From contig OX597831.1 in assembly GCA_951406725.2 (NCBI GenBank), positions 37,510,001 to 37,574,000 of the forward strand: a stretch of DNA of 64,000 nt, in the 5' to 3' direction. Under the pieces are notes generated by a model that was not told where the DNA came from, did no database searches, and saw only the letters and a list, made by a program, of their open reading frames with translations. This stretch comes from Octopus vulgaris (lineage: Eukaryota). This document shows, one piece after another, positions 27,241 to 40,626 of this stretch. Position 1 is the stretch's first letter; the number at the start of each line of letters is the position of its first letter. The translations under genes and the position numbers were made by a program.

Positions 27241-27425
27241 ATAGTGGAGAAGATATGATATCGCTGTGTGGTCGCCCAAGGGAAAAAGTTAAGATTTTTT
27301 GCCGATGACACTCCCCGGACCTTAAGTAAGGCATGTGTAAAATTTGAAGGAAATTGGTTATGTAGTTCTCAAGTTTTAGGGAAACACACAGATAAACAGA
27401 AACACATTCTCAGTTTTATATATAT
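27238..27425 (-). mobile_element. 5' segment of a second Helitron copy, tandem to the next element
   Basis: Closely similar to 28393-28580 (tagtggagaagatatgatat...aaggcatgtgtaaaatttgaa...cacattctcagtttta). Confidence 0.75.
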
Positions 27426-27428
27426 ATA

Positions 27429-28588
27429 CTAGCATTAAAGACCCGTCGTTGCCGGGTCATAGTGCTAGTGCATGTATATATGTGTATATATATTTGTACA
27501 TATTACATGTACATCTATATATATACATCTACACATAAAATACAAAATACAAAGTTATATCTTGATACCGCTAGTGATAACAATACTCAAAATATATAAC
27601 AGACTGGAATTGTTAGCCAATCTCTTGCAATTTCGATCAATTGTATCTTGTCCTCCCTCTTGTATAGAAGTGTGGCTACAATCCAGCCTACCTCTACTTC
27701 TGGGTGGGGGGGGGGCTTGATTTTTTCCCGGGACGTCCTACGTCCCAGACATAAAGGTAAACATAAAATATTTCCACTTTGCAAGTTCGAGTCGAGTACT
27801 CCCTTGCACGCTCCGTTGACTCGAAACTTGCTTCTGTTGTGGCCAATTTACCGCCTCTAATTAGATACATTTCATAGTCGCACCAAGACACTTTTCGAAG
27901 GTGCTTTCCTCCATCTTCTTTTTTCTCTACATTGTATACTTTATAGACAATAGTCTTTTCTTTAATTTAATTTTTTATTATCCATCTGGACTATTCCATT
28001 TCTGCACGCTAATCTTATTTTTAATTCATTCCCATTCATGTGAAACCACTTATCAAAGTTCAAATCATTGCTGCGTTTTATACCAATTGCTATTTTTACT
28101 TTTGTCATGTTACTTTAGTTTGATTTTAATTATTACTTACTACATATAATTCAATTGTTATTATTATTTTTATTGTTAAAGTGAAAGTATCTGACATAAA
28201 ATAGAGAAACGTTTTTTTTTTCACTTTTAACACGTAATACTGAAATAGTGGAGAAGACATGATATTGCAACGGGCTCGCTCCAGGCAAGAAGTTGAACAT
28301 ATTTTTGCCCATGAAACTACATGGACCCTAAGTATGGCATGTGTAAAATTTGAATGGAATTGGTTGTGTAGTTCTCAAGTTTTAGGGAATCGTAGTGGAG
28401 AAGATATGATATTGCAGTGGGCTCGCCCTAGGCAAAAAGTCCAACATTTCTTTTGCCGATGACTCTCCCCGGACCCTAAGTAAGGCATGTGTAAAATTTG
28501 AATGAAATTGGTTGTGTAGTTCTCAAGTTTTAGGGAAACACACAGACAGACAGACAGACACACATTCTCAGTTTTATCTATATAAAGA
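27429..28588 (-). mobile_element. Non-autonomous Helitron (Lep1-like architecture)
   Basis: Minus 5' end A|TCTTTATATAGATAAAACTGAGAATGTG then (TCTG)n; 3' hairpin GACCCG-N7-CGGGTC followed by CTAG|T; internal ~148-bp tandem duplication (28245-28540). Confidence 0.8.
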
Positions 28589-28683
28589 TATATATACATA
28601 CATATATATATACATATATATACATCTGTATATATATATATATAAATTATATACACATATATAAATATGTACAATGTACGTTG

Positions 28684-28717
<34 letters not shown>

Positions 28718-29019
28718 TATATGGGGGTGTTTGTATGTGTGTGTGTGCTTGTATATATTCATACATATATACATATATGTGTATATGGTGTGTTCTTTTT
28801 GATTTGTATATACATACATTCTCAATCGCCTCAATTACTGCGGCAAATTATTGTCAAAACTTTGCATGAAATTACTGGTTGATCTTAAAGCGGTCCAACG
28901 CCACTACCTACGATGGACTACAGGGAGAGGCTAAAGTAAATAAAGGAAGCGTATAAAAGATATACAATGATAAACATATATATATAGAGAGAGGGAAATA
29001 CCTGTTAAGTCTAGAAATC

Positions 29020-29225
29020 AAATTATTCTGCTCGAATTTGACGCCACTACATAGAAAAAAATATCCCGCAGTCTGCGGACAAAATTAGAAATCAATACCC
29101 TCATAGCTTTGGTTTCAAACACCGGCAAATTTTGAAGGCCCCAGAGAATTGCGAGGTGTTGATGATAGTGTACTCAAAGACCAATTCGATAAATTTTTAT
29201 CTGATACACCAGATGAACCCACATA
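29020..29225 (+). pseudogene. Old CR1/L2 LINE ORF2 C-terminal remnant
   Basis: [22 protein letters not shown] aligns with KVDVAVFKSKLDIFLSRVPDEP of the 18.6 kb LINE. Confidence 0.6.
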
Positions 29226-29263
29226 AATGAATGAATTGTGTATGTGTACAGATATTATTGCCG

Positions 29264-29646
<383 letters not shown>

Positions 29647-29818
29647 GGCGGAGAATGAGAAATAGAGACACAGAAAACGTGAGACAGAAAAACAAAGACA
29701 GAGAGAAAGTGGAAGAGAGACGGAGAATTGCAGCCTTGTCCATCTCTACTTTAGCAAGACCAATTCTGGAAACAATATCGGTAATTGAGTCTGATATAAC
29801 TAGCATTAATGAAAATGG

Positions 29819-29871
<53 letters not shown>

Positions 29872-29895
29872 TATATATGTATATATGTATACATA

Positions 29896-29956
<61 letters not shown>

Positions 29957-30144
29957 TATACACTAGCATTTTATTATCGCTTTCAGTCAGAAGTAGTTGC
30001 CATGCGAACGTGACGTCACTTGCCTTGTAGTTAGTTTATATGAGACTCAATTCCCAGCATAATCTCTGGAATTTATCCCAATGAAATAGTGAGATGGACA
30101 GATCTTGCAAATTTCTCTTACTCTGTCTCTGCCTTTCTCTCTTT

Positions 30145-30180
<36 letters not shown>

Positions 30181-30320
30181 ATACACACACACATATATAT
30201 GTAGAGAGAGAGAAAGAGAGAGTGAGAGATAGAAAGATATCGATATGTATGTACATATACATACATATATGCACACATATATATACATATATTTATGCAT
30301 CTATATCTTATATATCCATA

Positions 30321-30590
30321 GGCGCAGGAGTGGTTGTGTGGAAAGTAGCTTGCTTATCAACCACTTAGTTCCGGGTTCAGTCCGCCTGCGTAGCACCTTG
30401 GGCAAGTGTTTTCTACTATAACTTCGCGCCGACCAAAGCCTTGTGAGTGGATTTGGTAGATGAAAACTGAAAGAAGCCCGTCGTATATTTGTGTGTCTGT
30501 GTTTGTGCCCCCAACATCGCTTGACAACCGATGCTGGTGTGTTTTCGTCCCCGTAACTTAGCGGTTCGGCAAAAGACTCGATAGAATAAG
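30321..30590 (+). mobile_element. SINE family A, 3'-truncated
   Basis: ggcgcaggagtggttgtgtgg...caccttgggcaagtg...gcggttcggcaaaagac. Confidence 0.88.
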
Positions 30591-31729
30591 TTGTAGAGTC
30601 TCATACAATATATATATATACATACATAACGTTCCACAATACGAATATATATCTTCTGTGCGAATATATATCTTCTGTATCTCTCTGTATGTCTATATAT
30701 ATGCAGATTTAAAACACACCAATATGTGTGTGTATCTGTATAGCAATACAAGCGCTGAATGCGCAACGAGTTGCCGTTCAAATCTGATGCTCAAATTTCA
30801 GCTATGTTAAACATCTACACCATCACAATGCAGACAGCGAAGCATCAATACAGAGTCAGGCTACAACGTAGTAACAAGAGGCACACATAGTTTAAAAGAA
30901 TAAAACTTACAGAAACAAATAATTTATATTTCAGATATTTCATCATGTATGTTTCAATAATCAATAATCAAATCGATTAGCGTCCATGTCATCGGCCGTC
31001 TAGGAAGTCGAAATGTGAATCTCCGTATGGTATTTTTCTCTCATACCTTATCTTCCATTGTCAGTATCTGTCTTTCTCTCTTTCCCTCTCTCTTTATCCT
31101 TGTATGTTGGATATATAATTTAACGAAGTAGAGCGGGGAGGAAAGTATATACATGACGCACTACTATATCTAGTACACGAGACTGAACCCTCTATATGAA
31201 CGGCTCACACTGAACCGTTTACCAACCCGAACTGCCAATCGCTCACAGTTCTTTGTTTTATAACAACGAGTCACTTCACCTTTAGTCACTTTGCGGTGGT
31301 GGGATCGTCATCATTCTACAACGACTCCCTTTACTTCTACCCTTTTGGGAATTCAACTGCGTTCAGAGCTTTAATATCTCGTACGCTTATGGTTCAATTC
31401 CAGTGTTTCCGTTGTTTTCCGTTTTCTGGTGTTTAAATGTGTGGTTTCAAATTGGTACCTCAAACATCTCGTACAATATTTCCATGAAGATTTCATTTCA
31501 CAGGACTGTTTTTTCCTTGGATCTTTTTTAAGTGGGTTAATATGACTTTTATGCTCAACATTTTCCCCTTTTATTAAGAATAACGTTCTTCCAATTTGAT
31601 TAACAATTACACCCTCCTCCCAGTTTTCTTTACCTTATCTATAAGTTTTAAAAAAACTTTGTCACCTAACTTGAATAATTTTGAAGTATTTTTGTTGTTC
31701 GCCTTTTTCTTCTATTTTCACTCGTTATC

Positions 31730-31930
31730 AGGTGAGCTGAAAGAGGAAAGAGGGAAAGAGTGAGAGAAAGTTGTGATGAAAGAGTCAGCAGAAGTTCGCC
31801 ATTACCTTCTGCCGGAGCCGCGTGGAGCTTAGCTGTTTCGCTCATAATTACATCGCCCGGTCTAAGATTCGAACCCGCGATCCCTCGACCGCGAGTCCGC
31901 TGCTCTAACCACTAGGCCAATTGCCTCCAC
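31730..31930 (-). mobile_element. tRNA-derived SINE, family D-related
   Basis: Minus head gtggaggcaattggcctagtggttagagcagcggactcgcggtcgagggatcgcgggttcgaatc has A and B boxes. Confidence 0.85.
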
Positions 31931-32290
31931 AGTAACTATTTTAGTTATAGTTAATACAAGCACACAACTGCACCCGCAAGCAAACACAGCACGCACGCAC
32001 GCATACACACACACACACACACACACACACGCATACACACAGGAATGTGTACGTATATATGTGATCTCAATATATATAGGTAACAATCTGTCTATCAATC
32101 ACGTTATCTATCGTTCTATCTCTATACGTCTCTTTCTTCCTACTTTCGTTCTCCCCATCTATCTCTCCCACCCTCCCCTCTCTCTCAAGATAGACAGGCA
32201 TATACATATACATACATACCAATATAACAATACCTATTTACCTATCTACATCTTCCTGTTAATCTATATATATATATATATATATACATT

Positions 32291-32336
<46 letters not shown>

Positions 32337-32401
32337 TGTGTGTCCCAGCATGTGTGTGTATATGTATACATATGAATGTATATACATTACATACATACAT
32401 G

Positions 32402-32446
<45 letters not shown>

Positions 32447-32929
32447 AATATACGAATATATGTAAGTTTGCGTGTGTGTGTGTCTGTGTATGTATACGAG
32501 AGACAGATAGATAGAGAGAGAGAGATTTTGTGTTTATATGAATGCGTTTGTTTTCGTAAGTACGTGTATGAGATGGGGGTAGAGATTATGTATGTGTCTC
32601 TGTGTCATTTTAGTTTAATAGAAAGATGAAATAGACTAATGAGACACGTTCGGCTGTTCATGTCTCTATCATATTTCTCCGCAGATACGAAACTGAAATT
32701 ACATGGCGTTTATTTGTAAATTTCAATTCTCATATCACCTCGTATGTTCTTTATCAGAGCGTAATTTATAGTGCCATCTTATGCGCAAATTGTCTGTTTG
32801 TTTGAGTAGCCGTGTATTATATCTGGAGTTAACACCCAACGTTCCAGTCAGTGATAATTGCATGCAGATAATTCGGTCACCCAAGGAAAAAAAAAAGCAT
32901 AACATTTCGTTTCTGTTCACTTCACGTTT

Positions 32930-33211
32930 ATTACTCTTTCATTCTATTACTCTTATATTTGTTTCAGTCATTTAACTACGGCCAAGCTGGAGCATCGCCT
33001 TTAGTCGGAAAAAGATGCGCCCCGCCCCTCTCCAGGACTTATTCTTTGTAAGCCTGGTACTTATCCTATCGGTCTCTTTTGCCGAACCGCTAATGTTATG
33101 GAAACGTAGACACCCCTGCATTGGTTGTCAAGCGAAGGTGGGGGACAAACACAGATACACAAACAGACACATACACACACACACACACACACATACACAC
33201 TCACATACATA

Positions 33212-33252
<41 letters not shown>

Positions 33253-33317
33253 TAATACAATTGGTTGTTTGTTTTCCACCTGCCTTCGTCTTTTGTCTAT
33301 TTTCATAAAGCTTCCCG

Positions 33318-33371
<54 letters not shown>

Positions 33372-33532
33372 GTCGGGCTTCTTTCTCTTTCCGTCTACCG
33401 AACCCAGTCACAAGTCTTTGGTTGGCCCTAGACTATTATAGAAGACACTTGCCTTGCCCAAGGTGCCACGCAGTGAGACTGAACCCGAAACCATGTGGTT
33501 GGTAAGGAAGTTACTTACCACACAGCCACTCC
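32930..33532 (-). mobile_element. Full-length SINE family A with a family H1 fragment (33248-33320) nested in its internal microsatellite
   Basis: Reverse complement of the 12843 copy; nested piece matches 51083-51150. Confidence 0.88.
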
Positions 33533-33544
33533 TTTTCTTTGTTT

Positions 33545-34019
<475 letters not shown>

Positions 34020-34479
34020 TATCTTGACTATTTCATTTTGTATTGTTATAATTGGGGGAATGGTCATTTATTTATTTATTTACTTATTTATTTTTTAGTT
34101 TGTTGCTAACTAAACACACATACTCTATATTCGTTCTCCCTTCAGCATTATTATTGTTCATATTTTAGTGTCTTTTGCCTAAAATGTATCATCACACATC
34201 CTGTGAACCCTTCACCGACTCTACATTGGGAATCTCGTAAAACAAATTCATAAACACAATATTTCATTGTGACTACATGCGAATTAAAGCGTTTATATGA
34301 TTGGCTGTGCAGAAACCTTCAATAAGCAAGGAAAATGCAAGATTAATTCTTTTGCCACGTTTTCTCAGTCAATTTCTCTTTTCGTTTCTTTCTTTTTTTT
34401 TATATCGCTCTACATATAATGAAATGTACCCTATCCGGGTTAATATGGAATTTATTAACACGCCGGAGAATAACCATAG

Positions 34480-34850
34480 CGGCATTTGGGCCCTCTTAAC
34501 CCTCTGAGTTCAAATTCCTCCGAGGGTGAATTTGCTTTTCATCTTCCCGGATCGATAAAATATATACCAGTTGAATTCTGGGGTTGTCGCAGTCGACTTA
34601 CTCCATTCCACGAAATTTCTGGCCTTCTACCAAAATTTGAAACCAATATTTCTTATGATAGAAACGGTAAAACGCTAGGTGAAAATAGTGAGCGGCATTT
34701 CTTCCTACTCTAGGTTTTGGGTTCAAATGCCGCCGCGGTCAATTTTGTTTTCCATCTTTACGGGTTGGTAAAATAAAGATCAGTTGAGCACTGGGGTCGA
34801 TGCAATCGACTAACTCGTTATTGCTGGCCTTGCTCCAAAATTTGCAATCA
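34480..34850 (+). mobile_element. Two tandem diverged SINE family B copies
   Basis: gagttcaaattcc...ttttcatcttcccggatcgataaaa...ccagttg appears twice (~34505 and ~34718). Confidence 0.75.
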
Positions 34851-35611
34851 AACATTTCTGAAAGTGTACGGCCTCAAGACACGCGACATCTCTGTGTCAG
34901 ATATGCAAAACTACGTGGCAGAAAGCAATGATTACAAGTGCCTGGCAACAAAAAGAAAAAGACAGAGGAAGAGATAAAGAGAGATAGGGAAGATGAGGAA
35001 GAAACAGAGATGTATAGTTGTGAATCAGTTATGAATATTGATTAGAATTATGTTTGTAAACAAAATTTTGTTTTTGCGTTTTTCCACTGTTCTTAGATTA
35101 CTTTCAACAATATCCTGCAGATAATATTTATGTGCGGCCTACTTTTCATAAACAGATATTTATCTCAATATGTTTCTCAAGCATTTCTTCACTGTTAGTT
35201 ATTAGCTTTTCTACACTTTATATTCAAGTTTCAGCGCAACGTTATATTGGTTGACATATTTTCTCCACGTGTCAGTAAATAAATATACAAATGAACAAAC
35301 GAAACAACAATACTACTATGTTCTCATCAATAAAGGTACAATGGAGTGCATTCTGTGAATAGTTTTAATCATTCGTTATTTTCTATTGTTTACTAAATCA
35401 TGTATTCTAAAAGTACATGGTGTATTTTCTAAACATTTGTTAGCATGTTAGCATATACTTGAAATCCATTGTGCAATTGTTTGCTAAATACCATGTACTG
35501 TGTTTCCATTTAATAACATCTGTACTCTCTTGTACATACGTATGTATGTCTGTATGTATGTATGTATGTATGTATGTATGTATGTATGTATGTATGTATG
35601 TATGTATGTAT

Positions 35612-36097
35612 GTCATTATTTAGTTTTATTTCAAGATTTCTTGCGAATGGAGAAAGAGTCGCTTTCTTACCTAGACCCAAGGCTCCTTCTTAGAAATTTC
35701 CACATCAACATGATATTTTTTGTATCACTGTATGTATAATGCAGATTTGTATGTTTTGTTTTATGTATGTCTTCCCATGCATATACTTGCATATCTAGAT
35801 ATTCTCATATATACATAAATGATAAACTACAGGAAATATTTTACAGATTTTTACAGTTCCAGTGTTGGCTTAGATCTGCAGTCTTCGAATCGACTTTTCC
35901 ATTCTGGTTTTGAGAAGATTAATTTCCCAAGATTGGTATTTAGGTAGTTCATTACATGTCCCAATAATTAATGGTATAAACCTGAACGTGTAATCTGGAT
36001 AGAGCAACTATAGGTTTCTCAATAGTTCAGCGTAGGTATTCTCTTTTTCAGTGATCTTCAGCTTCACGTTAACATCCACTGGGCAGCTGATTTCCAC
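35612..36097 (-). mobile_element. 5'-truncated R4/Dong-like (RLE) non-LTR retrotransposon in a (TATG)n array
   Basis: Minus strand VEISCPVDVNVKLKITEKENTYAELLRNL*LLYPDYTFRFIPLIIG...IRRLQI*ANTGTVKICKIF fits the C-terminal part of a restriction-like endonuclease (E.S.P.D.N...EK..Y; IP..IG). Confidence 0.8.
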
Positions 36098-36331
36098 ATC
36101 TCTATGTATGTATGTATGTATGTATTATGTATGTATGTATGTATATATGTATGTATGTATGTATTTATGTATGTACGTATGTATGTATGCATGTGTTTAT
36201 ATATATATATATATATTTATATATTGCCAGAGTGTATGGGTATGCTGCTCTCTCTTCCCTCTTTCCCTCCGTCTCTCTCTAGCTTTATATATATATAAAT
36301 CTTTAGTTAAATATATTCAATGAGAATATTG

Positions 36332-36671
36332 TATACTGAATTTATATTGAGTGCCCAATTGCATCAAAGTATTAATACTATTAAAGTATTAATATATTTA
36401 ATACGAGCGATTATATACATATATATTTTTTAATAATTACGGAGATGTACTTGCATAGCGAGTGACTTGATCTGAGATCGTGTGCTAGAACGAAAACAAT
36501 TGCAGCGTGGAAGGTGTTTATAAGCCATTTAAGAAACACACGAAACCGTTAGATTCGCTTCAACATTTAAATTCAATTTGTCAAAATATTTTGATCGCTT
36601 TGAGACCGCGACCTGTTCACTGACAAAACTTCGTACTGCATCTGAGCAGTACTCAATATAAATTCAGTATA
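36332..36671 (-). mobile_element. Family H2 repeat with degenerate G3-C8 hammerhead (36577-36627), bounded by a perfect 21-bp inverted repeat
   Basis: TATACTGAATTTATATTGAGT (36332-36352) pairs with ACTCAATATAAATTCAGTATA (36651-36671); body matches 45855-45985 and 58415-58597. Confidence 0.8.
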
Positions 36672-36706
36672 TATATATATTATTAAACAGCAGCAAAAAT
36701 ATCACA

Positions 36707-36752
36707 AAAACTGTTACTCAGAGTTTCACGTTCCCGTTCGTCGGACAGTTTT
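36707..36752 (-). ncRNA. Minimal type I hammerhead motif with U4C core
   Basis: Minus strand AAAACTGT-CCGACGA-ACG-GGAA-CGT-GAAA-CTCTGAG-TA-ACAGTTTT: 8-bp helix I, 3-bp helix II, near-palindromic helix III, GUA site. Confidence 0.8.
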
Positions 36753-37314
36753 GTTTATAATGGAACAAAATAAGGCTATATGCATAAATATACAATTAGT
36801 TTGATAGATGCACATTTGAAAATGGTTTTCTTTCAAGTAACGGTCTTTTCAATAACCAGTAACCAGTTGTATGAAATTACAATTGCAGTTTAAAATCGTA
36901 TTATTATAAAAATCGAAGAAAACCTTAAATCAAAAGTAGCTTATGTAGAAGGAATACACAATGTAAAAAATTAGTGGTAAAAAGTAATAATAAATTTAAA
37001 TAAATTAAAAGATATAACCTTTCAAAAAAATCTTCCACCCTAGAACGCATATAAATTTAGCAATACATACATATACGAAGTAACATATATATACATATAT
37101 ACAATAAGCACACAGGCGTCGGTACATGGTTACATACATATATAAACAGACATATATGTGTAAAACATAAATATATACAAATGCATATATATGTATCTCC
37201 GCATACACACGCACGCGCATAATACCTCTTTGTATACGTATGTATATATGTATATGTATATTTATACGCATTTCATGATTACATTTCATGTACATTTTAA
37301 AAAAGCAATGATGG

Positions 37315-37358
<44 letters not shown>

Positions 37359-37581
37359 TGTTCTTGCGATGTGGAGCTTATCGTTTACATTTGTGTTTGA
37401 AATAAGAAAATAATTTTTGGAGATGTCATACCATTTGGATTATCAGATTGTTTTTGTTTCAAGGTGAATTAAAAGCACCTGTGATGAAATCCTCCTTTAC
37501 TCTTCAGTTAGCATACGGGAATTTGAGTAATGTAGTGTTGGTCTGCCATGTTATGAATTTTGTAAAGATGATAAATTGTAA

Positions 37582-37916
37582 AGACCTCGTTCGGTCATGA
37601 ATGACCAGCGTACTGCACCTAGAAAGTTCCCCTCCGAGGTATAAGTCCGGGCAGTGGTGTTTATGGAGAACCAGCAGTCGCACATGCATACCAGCCACCC
37701 CTCACCACGCCGCCGATGATATGCTAGGGAAAGGCAAAGGCCGATAGAGCTTGGAACCAATGACGTCACAACTCATTTCTACAGCTGAGTGAAATGGAAC
37801 AACGTGAAATAAAGTGTCTTGCTCAAGAACACAACACACGGCCCGGTCCAGGAATCGAACCCACAGATTCATGATTGTAAGCTTAACACTCTAACCACTG
37901 AGCCATGCGCCTTCAC
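37582..37916 (-). mobile_element. Full-length SINE family C
   Basis: Reverse complement of 17181-17514. Confidence 0.88.
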
Positions 37917-37994
37917 AAAAAATTTTATAATCAAGTTTTTAAATTGAGAAAATGTTGTATGATGAGGGGAGCACAGAAGGTTACTTTTTGCGAC

Positions 37995-38315
37995 GTGAAG
38001 ACGCGTGGCTTAGTGGTTAGGGGCATTCGGCTCATGATCGTAAGGTCGTGAGTTCAATTCCCGACGTCGCGTTGTGTCGTTGAGCAAGACATTTTTTTTT
38101 ACGTTGCTTCAGTCCACTCAGCTGGCAAAAATGAGTGGTACCTGTATTTCAAAGGGTCAGCCTTGTCACACTCTGTGTTACGCTGAATCTCATGTGTTAA
38201 CGGTACACGTGTTTGTGGAGTGCTCAGCCACTTGCACGTTAATTTCACGAACAAGCAGTTCCGTTGGTGGTATCAAATGGAACCCTCGTTTCGTTGTCGC
38301 AAGTGACGGAGTGCT
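37995..38315 (+). mobile_element. SINE with family-C-like head and a different 3' domain (C2)
   Basis: gtgaagacgcgtggcttagtggttag...gagttcaattccc...ttgagcaagac; 3' part matches 62925-63180 (-). Confidence 0.82.
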
Positions 38316-40036
38316 CCTATATATACCTTTTTGCGATAAACTAAGCAGCTGAGAGAAAGAGTATTTTCTTAAGACAATTCGAGGAAGATATGAGACTATA
38401 TATATTTTTCCTTTATATGTAAAATGATGAGTTTGACATAATTCATAGCTGGGTAGACACAGAGGATACTTCAAGCCAAGAATAGTTAAACAAGTGTTCT
38501 ACATGCACAAAACATTCCATTATATACTGTAAATTAGAAGTCGGGACCTGATAAGACATCTGAACATCTTCAGGTTCCTCTGGGACTCAACTTTCAACCA
38601 ATTCGTCTGTTTCTCAGATGTTATTGATAACTTTAACGGTGAGGAGATTATGCCACAATTTCTCTCAACAGAACAACCCTTCTCTAGGATTCACGTTGAA
38701 GTTGTATTGCTCTGAGAAAATATATGTTCATAGTGCGAGGGTACTTTTTCTGATAGTACTGTCAGGAAATGTTTACCATTAGTACTGGTGTATCAGGAAA
38801 GTTTTAACGTTAGTCATGGTGTATCACCAAAAACTGGATGTTTGCATTCAATTGCATTACATTTCTGTCAACAATATCTCTGTGTTCGACATACCATATT
38901 CCTTTTCTTTAACTTCAGTTAGATCTTTTTTTATTATAAAATCATTTTATAACTTTAGGTCGTGAAAATCTAGAAAATTCGGAAGAAGGAAAACTAATTC
39001 TATTTTCCTCACATTTAAATGTTTTCCATGACAGTCATACACTTCATTTTAATAGCGCGCAAGAAAGCTATATAAAACGCTGTAAGTAAACAGAATTCAA
39101 GTCAGACGAGCGGGCATATTTTGAAGTCACACTATTTATCCAAAATATTTTAACGCCAAAATTTATACGCTCTTGGGCATTGTTTTTTTTATTTCTCCTT
39201 CAAGTTCAATTGTTAAACGTTATCTATACTCGAGCTGAAGAGCAATACGTTGCCAAATAGGAGTGATGTATCTGTAGTACTTGACTATAAACAATTTTAT
39301 CCAGGAGAAATGCACTCTTCATCTAAAAATAACGGTCAAGCCTCTCTGAAGGCTTACACTGTCTAAAACATAAACGAATCAGATATAACCATTATAACTC
39401 ATAAATAAATGCGGGTATCGATTATTATATTTCCTAGGAATTTACCGATATTATCACATAATCTATTGTAATATTGTTTTATAACTAAAGAATAAGCAAA
39501 CAAAGAAACAAGAACCGAATCAAACCGACGGTAATATAAATAAATTACTCGATAAATATATTGATATATCCGTTTAAGAATCATGTCGACTAAGCAGAAA
39601 AATCTAGGTGTCAGGCAACGGAAATATGATTTGACTGTAAGCTTTAACGCCTTAAACAATAAGTATCTTTATAACAGCAGTACAATACAAGATAAACGTC
39701 AGAGCGTTTACAAATATACGCTGATAAGAAATGTAATAAATAAATCAAGCACTAAAGAGAGAAGCTTCTGCACCGTTGCTTGCACTGCTAGGACAAGCAG
39801 TTGAAACCTCATTCCAACCAGAGATATATTGTCTTGAAATAGTTAAGAGCATGTTGGGCGATATATTAGCCGCTGAGATACAAACCAGTTAATGGTAAGA
39901 GCTAGAATTCGTTTTTGATTATAGATGTGTTGAGTCAAATATTCCCTGAGTCTAAGCAACCAAGAGGCTTGCATGTGATTATTTAGACTGTTACAAATGG
40001 AAACAGATATCCTTTCCAAATTTGATGACGGGAACT

Positions 40037-40626
40037 ATTCTTTTCTACACTTGGTACAACGCCCGAAATTTTTTAGGGGAAAGGGCCAGTCGATTAGATC
40101 GACGGCCCAATCACGCAACTGGTTCTTAATTTATCGACGCGGAAAAGATGAAAGGCAAAGTCGACCTCGGCGGAATTTGAACTCAGAACGTAACGGCAGA
40201 CGAAATACTCATTTCTTTACTACCCACAAGGGGCTAAACACAGACAGGACAAACAAGGACAGACAAACGGATTAAGTCGATTATATCGACCCCAGTGCGT
40301 AACTGGTACTTAATTTATCGACGCGGAAAAGATGAAAGGCAAAGTCGACCTCGGCGGAATTTGAACTCAGAACGTAAAGGCAGACGAAATACCTATTTCT
40401 TTATTACCCACAAGGGGCTAAACACAGAGGGGACAAACAAGGACAGACATAGGTATTAAGTCGATTACATCGACCCCAGTGCGTAACTGGTACTTGATTT
40501 ATCGACCCCGAAAGGATGAAAGGCAAAGTCGACCTCGGTGGAATTTGAACTCACAACGTAACGCAGACGAAATACTGCTAAGCATTTCGCCCGGCGTGCT
40601 AACGTTTCTACCAGCTCGCCGCCTTA
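40037..40626 (-). mobile_element. Head-to-tail trimer of SINE family B (~185-bp period)
   Basis: ttatcgac...gatgaaaggcaaagtcgacctcgg.ggaatttgaactca occurs at ~40131, ~40315 and ~40499; the head ggcggcgagctggtagaaacgttagcacg is present only once. Confidence 0.88.

Noticed and set aside
39234-39265. CTGAAGA-GCAA-TACG-TTGC-CAAA hammerhead-like motif
   Set aside because: G12 is missing and helices I and III cannot be formed.
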